A stretch of DNA of 64,000 bases from Selenomonadaceae bacterium (lineage in GTDB: Bacteria; Bacillota; Negativicutes; Selenomonadales; Selenomonadaceae). Position 1 is the stretch's first letter. Every line of letters starts with the position of its first letter. The notes beneath the pieces were generated by a model, which was given only the letters and a program-made list of their open reading frames with translations, did no database searches and was not told the origin of the DNA. Where the stretch lies: assembly GCA_017527075.1 (NCBI GenBank), contig JAFXQM010000009.1, forward strand, positions 45,419-109,418, in the 5' to 3' direction. Below are positions 45,385 to 53,868 of the stretch, piece by piece. The position numbers were made by a program, and so were the translations under genes.

Positions 45385-45909
45385 ATGATTGGAAAGTTGG
45401 TGATTGATTTGCGACGGCTGACGGCGAACGCGATTTTGATTTCCGTGTCGCTGATTTTATTTTTCGTGGAGGGATTGTTGCCGCCGCTCATGCTGCCGCC
45501 CGGCGCGAAGTTCGGCTTGGCAAACGTGGTGACGTTGGTCGCGCTGTACCGGCTGACGGAGGTCGACGCGCTGATAATTTTGTCGGCGAGAATTTTTTTG
45601 GCGGGAGTGTTCGCGGGTTCGCCGACGGTGATTTTGTTCAGCGCGAGCGGCGGGCTGATGAGTTTGGCGGCGATGATTTTGCTCAAGCGCGCGGAAAAAT
45701 TTTCAGTGGTCGGAGTGAGTGCGGCGGGCGGATTCTTCCACAACCTCGGACAAATTTTCGCGGCGATGATTTTCATGGGCAGCGAGAAAATTTTTTTCTA
45801 CCTGCCGATTCTTGGAGTGTGCGGAATTTTTGTCGGCGGGCTGGTCGGTTTGCTCGCGAAGGAAATTTTCCGACGGCTCCCGCCTAATCGCGGCGACGGG
45901 ACAAATTGA
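45385..45909 (+). CDS. Gx transporter family protein (heptaprenyl diphosphate synthase component I-like membrane protein)
   Basis: LPPGAKFGLANVVTLVALY plus further TM helices. The ATG at 45385 is internal to ORF 45271..45909, and the start is uncertain. Confidence 0.65.
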   Translation: MIGKLVIDLRRLTANAILISVSLILFFVEGLLPPLMLPPGAKFGLANVVTLVALYRLTEVDALIILSARIFLAGVFAGSPTVILFSASGGLMSLAAMILLKRAEKFSVVGVSAAGGFFHNLGQIFAAMIFMGSEKIFFYLPILGVCGIFVGGLVGLLAKEIFRRLPPNRGDGTN

Positions 45910-46041
45910 AATTATGCTCTCCCAATCCTCCGCGCGGCTCTCGTCAAAAAAAATTCTGCCGTGCTCGTAAATCACTCCGCCGAACTCAGATTCACTCACG
46001 CACGCCAGGCACCGCACGCAAATTTTTTCGTCGTAAATCAT
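45703..46041 (-). CDS. small single-cluster [4Fe-4S] ferredoxin-like protein with an odd C-terminal extension
   Basis: MIYDEKICVRCLACVSESEFGG...ESIISICPVAAI has the CxxCxxC...CP pattern. The frame stays open for another ~59 codons antisense to the 3' end of the Gx gene. Confidence 0.4.
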   Translation of the reverse strand: MIYDEKICVRCLACVSESEFGGVIYEHGRIFFDESRAEDWESIISICPVAAIRREPSENFLREQTDQPADKNSAHSKNRQVEKNFLAAHENHRRENLSEVVEESARRTHSDH

Positions 46042-46074
46042 TTGCACACTCAGCTCCCGAATGAAAAGTTTCCT

Positions 46075-46104
46075 TGACAAAAACTTGAACAAAGCTTTAT
46101 CATA
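46075..46104 (+). promoter_or_regulatory. sigma-70-like promoter for the condensation-domain gene
   Basis: TTGACA (46075-46080), an 18-nt spacer, then TATCAT (46099-46104). Confidence 0.4.
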
Positions 46105-46151
46105 AGCAACAGTGGGAAAAAATTTTTTCGTCGTGTAAGGAGGCAAAGCTC

Positions 46152-47390
46152 ATGAAATATTATCCCTTGCGCCCGATGCAAAGATGGTTGGTCGACACGC
46201 ACTTCAACAAGGCAAAGTCGACGATGATGAATATCGGCGGACTGTTCAAGCTCTCCGCGTCGATTGACATGAATCACTTGGCGGACGCGATTAACTTCGT
46301 CTTGGAAAAGTATGACATCTTCCGTTGCAGATTTATCTTTCACCCCGAGACCAGCGACTTGTGCCAGATTTTCGACGGCGCGATAGAAAAAGTTTTTCTC
46401 GAACGCCTCAGCGAAAAAGAATTCAATCGGCGCATGGAAAGTTTGCGCGAGCCGTATTATCTGATTAATCACCCGCTCTATCGGATTTACCTGATGGAAA
46501 CGCCGCAAGCCAAATATCTTTACGTGGATTTCTATCACGCGATAATGGACGGCGTGGCGAGTTCGTATCTGTTCGCCAAAGCGATAGACGCTGCTTATCG
46601 CGGACGCACCAAGAGTGCGGCTCCGAGTTACGCCGAGTACGTCGAAGAAGAAGCGAAGATTCCGCCCGAAGAACTTGCCGAAGGTCACGAGTACTGGAAG
46701 AAAATGCTTGCGCCCTTCGACGAGAAAAAACATTTGCCGCCCGTGAAGGTCGAAGGCGTCGCGGCATGGACTCAGGGCAAGCTGGATTACTACTTCAAAA
46801 ATTTCACGGAAGAATTTTTCCGCACGACACGAATCAACGAGAACAATTTCTTCCTCGGCGCGTGCATGTTGACGCTGGCGAAGCTGACCGGCACCAAAGA
46901 ATCAATCATGAGCTGGATACACAACGGGCGCACGAACATGCGCGAGCGTCGGCTGATGGGTTTGATGCTTGAGCAGTATCCGTGCGCGTGGGATTTCCAC
47001 CAAGACATGACAATCGAAGAATTCCTCAACCGACTCGAAGGACAGAATCAAATCGGCATGAGATATCGCAAGAGCCTCGACCTCGTTTACAACGAAGGAC
47101 TCGAAGACGATTGCGTGAGTTTCATTTTCCAGAAGATGATGCACGACGATATCATTTTGGCCGACACGCCCGCCCAAACGATTTACCTGCCGCCGAACGA
47201 AATTTCCGCCGTGGAAAATGCTCTCGACATTGAAGTTGAAGCGGACGAGACGGGAATGTACATCGTGGCTCTCGATTACGACGCGAGCCGTTACTCCGAA
47301 GAGGAAATGATTAACTTCGCCAAGACAATGAACGAAATTTTAATCACCATGCGCGACACGAACAAAAAATTCTCCGACATCCTCGGCTGA
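46152..47390 (+). CDS. stand-alone NRPS-type condensation (C) domain protein
   Basis: 412 aa with an N-terminus YPLRPMQRWLV. The active-site motif is YHAIMDG (46533-46553), a variant of HHxxxDG that retains the second (catalytic) His. No A, T or TE domain is nearby. Confidence 0.75.
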   Translation: MKYYPLRPMQRWLVDTHFNKAKSTMMNIGGLFKLSASIDMNHLADAINFVLEKYDIFRCRFIFHPETSDLCQIFDGAIEKVFLERLSEKEFNRRMESLREPYYLINHPLYRIYLMETPQAKYLYVDFYHAIMDGVASSYLFAKAIDAAYRGRTKSAAPSYAEYVEEEAKIPPEELAEGHEYWKKMLAPFDEKKHLPPVKVEGVAAWTQGKLDYYFKNFTEEFFRTTRINENNFFLGACMLTLAKLTGTKESIMSWIHNGRTNMRERRLMGLMLEQYPCAWDFHQDMTIEEFLNRLEGQNQIGMRYRKSLDLVYNEGLEDDCVSFIFQKMMHDDIILADTPAQTIYLPPNEISAVENALDIEVEADETGMYIVALDYDASRYSEEEMINFAKTMNEILITMRDTNKKFSDILG

Positions 47391-47410
47391 AAATTTTGGA
47401 GGCGATGACG

Positions 47411-47596
47411 ATGGCAAACAAATTCGACGACAAAATTTCCAAGAACGAAACGCTCAGCGAAGAACAACTCGACGAAGTGACGGGCGGCTTGGAAAATCCG
47501 CGCATTCCGAGCTTCATGATGATTTCTCAACGCTCCGAAGCTTTTCGCTCGACCGACAACCCGAACACTTGGCTGAACGACCGAAAATATTTCTGA
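47411..47596 (+). CDS. 61-aa peptide with a double-glycine leader (bacteriocin/RiPP-precursor-like)
   Basis: MANKFDDKISKNETLSEEQLDEVTGG|LENPRIPSFMMISQRSEAFRSTDNPNTWLNDRKYF. LSEEQLDEVTGG fits the LSxxELxxIxGG consensus. GGAGG (47398-47402) lies 8 nt before the ATG at 47411. Confidence 0.55.
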   Translation: MANKFDDKISKNETLSEEQLDEVTGGLENPRIPSFMMISQRSEAFRSTDNPNTWLNDRKYF

Positions 47597-47659
47597 CGGA
47601 CGAAAAAAATTTAAGCGACGCCTCAATCAAGAGACGCCGCTTTTTGATTTCCCGTGAGC

Positions 47660-47928
47660 TGACTGCCCCCTCTTAACGTAAGAGTGGTCACGCAGAATTT
47701 TTCGTCGTTGCTGAGGCGCGTCATGTTCATTCGGGTTGAAAAATTTTTTCGTTTGTTGAATCAACTTTTCTTTTGCGTGCCCAAAAGAAAAGTTGCAAAA
47801 GAAAAGGGCACCTCGCAGGGGCGACTGCCGTTTCATGACTCGAACGTGCGAATCACCCGTGCCGGGTGTGCCCGCTGAATTCGCGTCACGCTCATTACGC
47901 GGGCGGCCGCCCGTCCATGGGCGGCTTC
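47660..47928 (+). repeat. structured interspersed element, copy C
   Basis: Hairpins CCCCCTCTT/AAGAGTGG, ACTTTTCTTTTG/CAAAAGAAAAGT, GCCCGC/GCGGGC and GCCGCCC/GGGCGGC (47905-47925). Conserved block GGGCACCTCGCAGGGGCG. Confidence 0.8.
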
Positions 47929-47949
47929 AAATTCCGCGGCTCGTCACTT

Positions 47950-48342
47950 TCATTCGGCTGATAAAAATTTTTTCGTCGCGCGAGCCTCTTCCATGCGCGC
48001 GGAAATTTCTTCCAGCGAACGCCCGCCCGAAGACTCCACCGCCGCCAGCACCGCGCCTTCGACCAGCGGGCAGTCAATCATCACGACGTTCGGCTTGTCC
48101 AAATCTTCCAAGACCATTTCCGTCGTCATGACCGCCGAGCCCATGTCCATGAGAATCATCACGCCGTCCGCCGAGTAAACTTCTTCGACAGCCGCGAAAA
48201 TTTTTTCGTAATTTGTGCCGAGTGAGCCGTCCTCCAATCCGCCCGCCGCCGCCAGTGGAGCGTCCGCCGCCATCATGCGCGCGACTTCGACGACACCTTC
48301 GGCGAGTTTTTGGCTGTGCGAGACGATTACGATTCCAACCAT
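47950..48342 (-). CDS. dhaM: dihydroxyacetone kinase phosphotransfer subunit DhaM (EIIA-mannose-like)
   Basis: MVGIVIVSHSQKLAEGVVEVARMM...ILMDMGSAVMTTEM. Confidence 0.85.
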   Translation of the reverse strand: MVGIVIVSHSQKLAEGVVEVARMMAADAPLAAAGGLEDGSLGTNYEKIFAAVEEVYSADGVMILMDMGSAVMTTEMVLEDLDKPNVVMIDCPLVEGAVLAAVESSGGRSLEEISARMEEARATKKFLSAE

Positions 48343-48343
48343 T

Positions 48344-48973
48344 TCAATCCTCCCGCAAAATTTCCAAAGCCGTCTGCAACATGAACAGCGAGGAGGTTGC
48401 GCCGGGGTCTTGGTGACCGAGGCTGCGTTCCTTCAGGTAACTGGCGCGACCTTTCGTGGCGATAATCGTCTTGGTGTATTCGACGCCCGCCGCCGCCGCT
48501 GCCACTGCGTCACTGAGCGCGTCGACCAAATTTTTTCCGCCGTCGATTCCGTCCTTGAGAGCTTTGTGAGCGGGGCACAGCGCGTCGAGCATGGTCTTCT
48601 CGCCTTCGACTGCCTTGCCGCGCATTTTTATTCCGTTGACTGCCGCCTCCAGAGCCGCCGCAAATTCTTCAGCCGTGAGTTCAAATTTTCCTTTGCAAGC
48701 GTTGCCCGCCTTCATGAACGCCGTGCCGTAAAGAGGACCCGACGCGCCGCCGACTGTGGAAACAAGCTGAGTGCCGACGCCTTTTAAAATCGCGCCGATG
48801 TCTTTGTCCGCCAGGCTCGGAAGTTTTTCTTCCACGCTTTTGAAACCGCGCGCGAGATTTATTCCGTGGTCGCCGTCGCCGATTTCGTTGTCCAGCTGAG
48901 TGAGAAAATCTTTCTCCGCCTCAATCTTTTTGGCAATGGCAAAAATTATCGCGAGAATTTTTTTCGTGTCCAT
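48344..48973 (-). CDS. dhaL: dihydroxyacetone kinase ADP-binding subunit DhaL
   Basis: LDNEIGDGDHGINLARGF...GGASGPLYGTAF. Confidence 0.9.
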   Translation of the reverse strand: MDTKKILAIIFAIAKKIEAEKDFLTQLDNEIGDGDHGINLARGFKSVEEKLPSLADKDIGAILKGVGTQLVSTVGGASGPLYGTAFMKAGNACKGKFELTAEEFAAALEAAVNGIKMRGKAVEGEKTMLDALCPAHKALKDGIDGGKNLVDALSDAVAAAAAGVEYTKTIIATKGRASYLKERSLGHQDPGATSSLFMLQTALEILRED

Positions 48974-48976
48974 GGC

Positions 48977-49969
48977 TTACCTCTTGAGCGCGGGAGTGTC
49001 GGCGGGTGCGTCGTAAAGTTTCTTGAGCTCGTCATCAAGCTTGAGCAACGTGAGCGAGAAGCCCGCCATTTCGATTGACGTCATGTAATTGCCGACCATG
49101 GTGTCATAAACTTTGACGCCCGCCGCCGCCAGATAATCCTGCACAAAGTTGTTGATGATGTAAAGTTCCATGAGCGGCGTCGCGCCCATGCCGTTGACCA
49201 TGACGACGACTTCGCTGCCCTTGAAGTCAATGTCCGCCAAAATTTTGTCGAGGAGAGCCTTGGCGATTTCGTCGGCGGAAGCAATTTTTTCGCGGTGAGT
49301 ACCGGGCTCGCCGTGAATGCCGATTCCGATTTCCACTTCGTCTTCGCGCAGCTCGAAGCCGGGCTTGCCCGCCGCGGGAACTGTGCACGGAGAAATTGCC
49401 ATGCCCATCGTCCGAACGTTGGCGATAACTTTTTCGGCAACGGCTTTGACTTCCTCAAGCGTCGCGCCTTCCTCAGCCTTCGCGCCCGCGATTTTGTGCA
49501 CGAGGATTGTGCCGGCCACGCCGCGTCGACCAGTGGTGTAAAGGCTGTCCTGCACCGCCACATCATCGTTGACGACCACATGGTCAACCTTTATGTCCTC
49601 GTCAGCCGCCATGTCGATTGCCATCTCGAAGTTGAGGACGTCGCCCGTATAATTTTTTACGATACACAGCACGCCCGCCTCAGTCGCGACAGCTTTAATG
49701 CCCTCGAAAATTTTGTCGGGCGTCGGCGAAGTGAAAACCGCTCCTGCCACCGCGCAGTCCAGCATGCCCGCGCCGACGAAGCCGCCGTGTGCAGGCTCGT
49801 GACCTGAACCGCCGCCGCTGACGAGTGCAACTTTCCCGTCGGATTTTTTCTCCGCGCGCACGACCACGTTTCCGCAGTCCAGCTTGCGAAGTTTATCGGG
49901 CGCGCTCTTGACCAGACCCAAAATCATCTGCTCCTCCACGGCCTCCACCGAGTTTATCAGCTTCTTCAT
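48977..49969 (-). CDS. dhaK: dihydroxyacetone kinase substrate-binding subunit DhaK
   Basis: MKKLINSVEAVEEQMILG...VSGGGSGHEPAHGGFVG...NYTGDVLNF. ATG at 49969 follows GGGAGGG. Confidence 0.9.
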   Translation of the reverse strand: MKKLINSVEAVEEQMILGLVKSAPDKLRKLDCGNVVVRAEKKSDGKVALVSGGGSGHEPAHGGFVGAGMLDCAVAGAVFTSPTPDKIFEGIKAVATEAGVLCIVKNYTGDVLNFEMAIDMAADEDIKVDHVVVNDDVAVQDSLYTTGRRGVAGTILVHKIAGAKAEEGATLEEVKAVAEKVIANVRTMGMAISPCTVPAAGKPGFELREDEVEIGIGIHGEPGTHREKIASADEIAKALLDKILADIDFKGSEVVVMVNGMGATPLMELYIINNFVQDYLAAAGVKVYDTMVGNYMTSIEMAGFSLTLLKLDDELKKLYDAPADTPALKR

Positions 49970-50137
49970 GTGAATCCCTCCCAAAAAAATTTCAAGCTTG
50001 GCGGAAAAAATTTATCACCAAGCTTGGAACGTGTCAAATGAAAATTTTCTTGAACCTTCAATGAAAGTATGATAGTATTCAGCGCGGCAGACAGTTCGAT
50101 GTGTCGGCTTCTTCCTCGAAGGAAGGAGGTGACGCGT

Positions 50138-50224
50138 ATGGATTTCTTCGACTGGCTGGATCACATTTCCAACGTCGGGACGTTCATCATCGCGTTGCTG
50201 ACGTTCTTCGGAAAAAATAAATAA
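50138..50224 (+). CDS. 28-aa hydrophobic peptide, holin-like / type I toxin-like
   Basis: MDFFDWLDHISNVGTFIIALLTFFGKNK has one hydrophobic helix and a Lys-rich end. GGAGG lies 7 nt upstream and is embedded in the hairpin CTTCTTCCT-CGA-AGGAAGGAG. A promoter-like TTGAAC-17-TAGTAT lies at about 50050-50078. The ORF is too short for the ORF track. Confidence 0.45.
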   Translation: MDFFDWLDHISNVGTFIIALLTFFGKNK

Positions 50225-50229
50225 GAGAA

Positions 50230-50251
50230 GAGCCGTCAGCTACGACGGCTC
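50230..50251 (-). terminator. hairpin whose T-rich tail lies on the minus strand (terminator of a convergent antisense transcript?)
   Basis: GAGCCGTC-AGCTAC-GACGGCTC. On the minus strand it is followed by TTCTCTTATTTATTTTTTCC, which overlaps the 3' end of the small ORF. The plus strand has no T-run. Confidence 0.4.
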
Positions 50252-50261
50252 CCAAACCGTT

Positions 50262-50430
50262 CTACATCTACCAACTATTAACGGGGAAGGAGTCGACGTG
50301 CAACCATCAACTGCCTGCCACTGTTTTGCAAATTCAGCCGCTCGCAAGACGGCTTCCATCGATTAACATGTAACATCCATTAATCGGGAGAGAGTCGACG
50401 CGCTACCATCAACTGCCTGCCACTTTTTGC
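50262..50430. repeat. two ~68-nt direct repeats (period ~101 nt)
   Basis: The 50262-50329 and 50364-50430 copies share ..TTAAYSGGGARRGAGTCGACGYGCWACCATCAACTGCCTGCCACTKTTTGC. Confidence 0.8.
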
Positions 50431-50487
50431 TTTCTCAAGCGAGAAAAATTTATCACACACGCGCCGATAAGTCAAGGAGTGATTCAA

Positions 50488-51147
50488 ATGATTGTTTACG
50501 CGACGCACGCCGGCGGAAAATATTTGCCGCTCAAAAAAAGTTTGGAGATTGATTCGACGACGCCGCGCGGGCTTTACATAAACCTGACCAACCGCTGCAA
50601 CTGCGATTGCGTTTTTTGCCTGCGCCAAAAAAAATCCATGGCAAAAGATTCGAGCCTGTGGCTGGAGCGCGAGCCGACCGTCGCCGAAGTCAAAGCCGAG
50701 TTGGACGCCGCGTCGTGGCAAGTCGTCAAGGAAGTTGTCTTCTGCGGCTTCGGCGAACCGACGATTCGTTTGCCCGAACTCGTCGAGCTTTTGGCTTACG
50801 TGAAAAAAATTCAGCCGCTCATGCCCACGCGCCTCAACACGAACGGCTTGGGCGAACTTTATCACGGGCGAGAGATTGCCGCGGACTTTGAAAAAATTTT
50901 GGACACGGTGTCAATCAGTTTGAACGCCGCGACCGCCGAAAAATATTTCAAACTCACGCGCGCCGCTTACGGGATAAAATCCTTCGACGCGATGTTGACC
51001 TTCGCCGAGCACATGAAAAATTTCGTGCCGCATGTCGTGCTGACCGTCGTCGACCACGTCACGCCGCCCGAAGAAATTTCTGCCTGCAAAAAAATTTGTG
51101 ACGCGCGCGGATTAACTTTGCGCGTCCGCCCGTACGAGGACAGTTAG
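50488..51147 (+). CDS. radical SAM protein (TatD-associated radical SAM family-like)
   Basis: The CNCDCVFC (CxxxCxxC) cluster motif and GFGEPT. ATG at 50488 follows AAGGAG. Confidence 0.8.
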   Translation: MIVYATHAGGKYLPLKKSLEIDSTTPRGLYINLTNRCNCDCVFCLRQKKSMAKDSSLWLEREPTVAEVKAELDAASWQVVKEVVFCGFGEPTIRLPELVELLAYVKKIQPLMPTRLNTNGLGELYHGREIAADFEKILDTVSISLNAATAEKYFKLTRAAYGIKSFDAMLTFAEHMKNFVPHVVLTVVDHVTPPEEISACKKICDARGLTLRVRPYEDS

Positions 51148-51160
51148 GAGTTAGGAATTA
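51143..51160 (+). repeat. short TTAGGAG-type heptamer spacer between the radical SAM gene and uvrA
   Basis: AGTTAGGAGTTAGGAATTA-GTG. The stop TAG is part of the repeat and the uvrA GTG start follows directly. Confidence 0.7.
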
Positions 51161-53656
51161 GTGGATTCGATAAAAATTCGCGGAGCACGCGTTCATAATT
51201 TGAAAAATATCAGCGTGGAAATTCCGCGCGACAAACTCGTCGTGATAACCGGCGTGAGCGGCAGCGGAAAAAGTTCTCTCGCCTTCGACACGATTTACGC
51301 CGAGGGTCAACGCCGTTACATGGAGTCGCTGTCGAGTTACGCGCGCCAATTTCTCGGCCTGCCCGACAAGCCCGACGTCGAACACATCGAAGGCTTGAGC
51401 CCGGCGATTGCCATCAATCAGAAGACGACCAACAACAACCCGCGCTCGACCGTCGGGACCGTCACGGAGATTTACGATTACCTGCGGCTGCTCTTCGCGC
51501 GAATCGGCAAGCCTCACTGCCCCAAGTGCGGCAAGCCCGTCAAAAGTCAGAGCGTCGACCAAATCCTTGCGCAGATTTTGAATTTGCCCGAAGGCACCCG
51601 CTTCAGTCTGCTCGCGCCCGTCGTCAGCCGGCAGAAGGGCACGCACAAAAATATTTTCGACAAACTCAGCGCGGCGGGTTTCGTGCGCGCAAAAGTCGAC
51701 GGAAAAATTTTTGACCTCGGCGAAGAAATTTCCCTCGCCAAAACAAAAAAGCATTCGATTGAACTCGTCGTCGACAGATTGATTAACCGTGAGGGAATTC
51801 GTTCGCGGCTGGCGGATTCGTTGGAGACCGCGCTCAAGTTCGGAAACGGAATTGTCTTCGTGGAGACCGACGAAAAAATTTTGACGTTCAGCGAGAAAAA
51901 TGCCTGCGTCGATTGCGGAATAAGTTTGCCCGACATCACGCCGCAACTTTTTTCCTTCAACAGCCCGAAAGGTGCTTGCCCGAAATGCAACGGGCTCGGA
52001 AAAATTTTCGACGTGCGCGAATGGTCGACAATGTACGAATGGATGCTCGCCGTTCACGATTTCAAGATGACGGACTTGCCCGAAGACGCCTGCCCCGCCT
52101 GCCACGGGCACCGCCTCAACCCCGAAGCCTTGAGCGTGACGGTCGGCGAAAAAAATATCGCGCAGGTCGTCGACATGTCCGTGGACGCGTGCAAAAAATT
52201 TTTCTCCGCGCTGGAGCTCGACGACACCGACAAAAAAATTTCCGCGCAAGTCCTCAGGGAAATTAATTCGCGGCTGAAATTTTTGTGCGACGTCGGCTTG
52301 GATTATCTCAGCCTCTCGCGCAAGTCGGCAACACTTTCCGGCGGCGAATCTCAGCGAATCAGATTGGCGACGCAAATCGGCTCGGCACTCACCGGCGTGC
52401 TTTACGTCCTCGACGAGCCGTCAATCGGTTTGCACCAGCACGACAATCAAAAACTTCTCGCCACGCTGAAAAATCTTCGCGACCTGGGCAACACGCTGAT
52501 TGTTGTCGAACACGACGAGGAAACGATTCGCGCGGCGGATGAAATTGTCGACATCGGGCGCGGCGCGGGCAAGGCGGGCGGCGAAGTCATCGCGCAAGGA
52601 ACTGCGGAAGAAATTTCGCGCGCGGAAAATTCTCTGACAGGCGATTATCTCAGCGGGCGGAAAAAAATTCTCGTGCCTTCGACGCGCCGAGACATCTCCC
52701 AAACTTTGAACTTCACCGACGCCCGCAAAAATAATTTGAAAAATATTTCCGTGAGCATTCCGCTGAAAGCTTTGACGTTGGTGACGGGCGTGAGCGGTTC
52801 GGGCAAGTCAACGCTCGTTGAGGAAATTATTTTCCCGCGGCTGAAGGAAATGGAGCTTGAGCCGCTCGGCGTGAGCAAAGTCACGATGATTGACCAGGAC
52901 CCGATTGGACGGACGCCGCGCTCGAACATTGCCACTTACACGGGCGTCGCCGACCACATCAGAAAACTTTTCGCCGAAACCAACGGAGCAAAGCTGCGCG
53001 GGTACAAGGCGGGGCGATTCAGCTTCAACGTCAAGGGCGGGCGGTGCGAGAGCTGCGGCGGCAACGGCGTCCTCAAAATCCCGATGAACTTTCTGCCCGA
53101 CGTTTACGTGACCTGCGACGTGTGCAAAGGCGCGCGCTTCAACGCCGAGACGCTGGAGGTTAAGTACAAGGGCAAAAATATTTCCGACGTGCTCAATATG
53201 CCCGTCGACGATGCTTTGAATTTTTTTGAGAACGTCCCGACGATTCGGCGCATGTTGCAAGTTCTCCACGACGTTGGCTTGGGTTACATTGAACTCGGTC
53301 AGCCCGCGAACACTTTCAGCGGCGGCGAGGCTCAGCGCGTCAAGCTGGCTTATGAATTGGCGCGACCGCTCGGCAGGGCGGCGAACATTTACATCATGGA
53401 CGAACCGACCACGGGCTTGCACTTCGACGACGTGAAAAAATTAATCGACGTGATTGAGCGGCTGGTGGAGCGCGGCGACACGGTCATCATCATCGAACAC
53501 AATCTCGACGTGATAAAGTGCGCCGATTACATCATCGACCTGGGACCCGACGGCGGCGATAAGGGCGGGCAGGTTGTGGCTTGCGGCACGCCCGAAGAAG
53601 TTGCGCGCGTCGAAAATTCTTACACCGGTCAGGCTCTGCGCAAGTTGGGACTTTGA
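51161..53656 (+). CDS. uvrA: excinuclease ABC subunit A
   Basis: [50 protein letters not shown], two ABC modules and Zn-finger Cys clusters. Confidence 0.97.
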   Translation: MDSIKIRGARVHNLKNISVEIPRDKLVVITGVSGSGKSSLAFDTIYAEGQRRYMESLSSYARQFLGLPDKPDVEHIEGLSPAIAINQKTTNNNPRSTVGTVTEIYDYLRLLFARIGKPHCPKCGKPVKSQSVDQILAQILNLPEGTRFSLLAPVVSRQKGTHKNIFDKLSAAGFVRAKVDGKIFDLGEEISLAKTKKHSIELVVDRLINREGIRSRLADSLETALKFGNGIVFVETDEKILTFSEKNACVDCGISLPDITPQLFSFNSPKGACPKCNGLGKIFDVREWSTMYEWMLAVHDFKMTDLPEDACPACHGHRLNPEALSVTVGEKNIAQVVDMSVDACKKFFSALELDDTDKKISAQVLREINSRLKFLCDVGLDYLSLSRKSATLSGGESQRIRLATQIGSALTGVLYVLDEPSIGLHQHDNQKLLATLKNLRDLGNTLIVVEHDEETIRAADEIVDIGRGAGKAGGEVIAQGTAEEISRAENSLTGDYLSGRKKILVPSTRRDISQTLNFTDARKNNLKNISVSIPLKALTLVTGVSGSGKSTLVEEIIFPRLKEMELEPLGVSKVTMIDQDPIGRTPRSNIATYTGVADHIRKLFAETNGAKLRGYKAGRFSFNVKGGRCESCGGNGVLKIPMNFLPDVYVTCDVCKGARFNAETLEVKYKGKNISDVLNMPVDDALNFFENVPTIRRMLQVLHDVGLGYIELGQPANTFSGGEAQRVKLAYELARPLGRAANIYIMDEPTTGLHFDDVKKLIDVIERLVERGDTVIIIEHNLDVIKCADYIIDLGPDGGDKGGQVVACGTPEEVARVENSYTGQALRKLGL

Positions 53657-53681
53657 TTCGCGGCTCGACGGAGAGTTATCG

Positions 53682-53710
53682 TTGACAAAAAATTTTCGCT
53701 GTGATATTCT
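53682..53710 (+). promoter_or_regulatory. sigma-70-like promoter ahead of a ~158-nt leader
   Basis: TTGACA (53682-53687), a 17-nt spacer, then TATTCT (53705-53710) preceded by TGA (extended -10-like). Confidence 0.35.
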
Positions 53711-53868
53711 GCAGACGTTTCATGCGACACATTTTGATTTTGGAATAAAATTTTTTTCGGCAAAGGAAGTTCCTGATTTTGTAAATGAAACGAGTGCTTT
53801 TACTTCCCGCCGACAGAACGGGGGCGGTCATTGACTGCCCTCGTTTCGTTTTGAGAGGAGGATTTCTC

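Noticed and set aside
50262-50430. Known tandem riboswitch classes (glycine, guanidine-II/mini-ykkC, preQ1, ZTP) and a T-box for the two 68-nt repeats.
   Set aside because: I could not find the conserved cores of these classes: no ACGR tetraloop hairpin pairs, no glycine-aptamer GGAGAG...CACCG pattern, and no T-box sequence. They remain unclassified.
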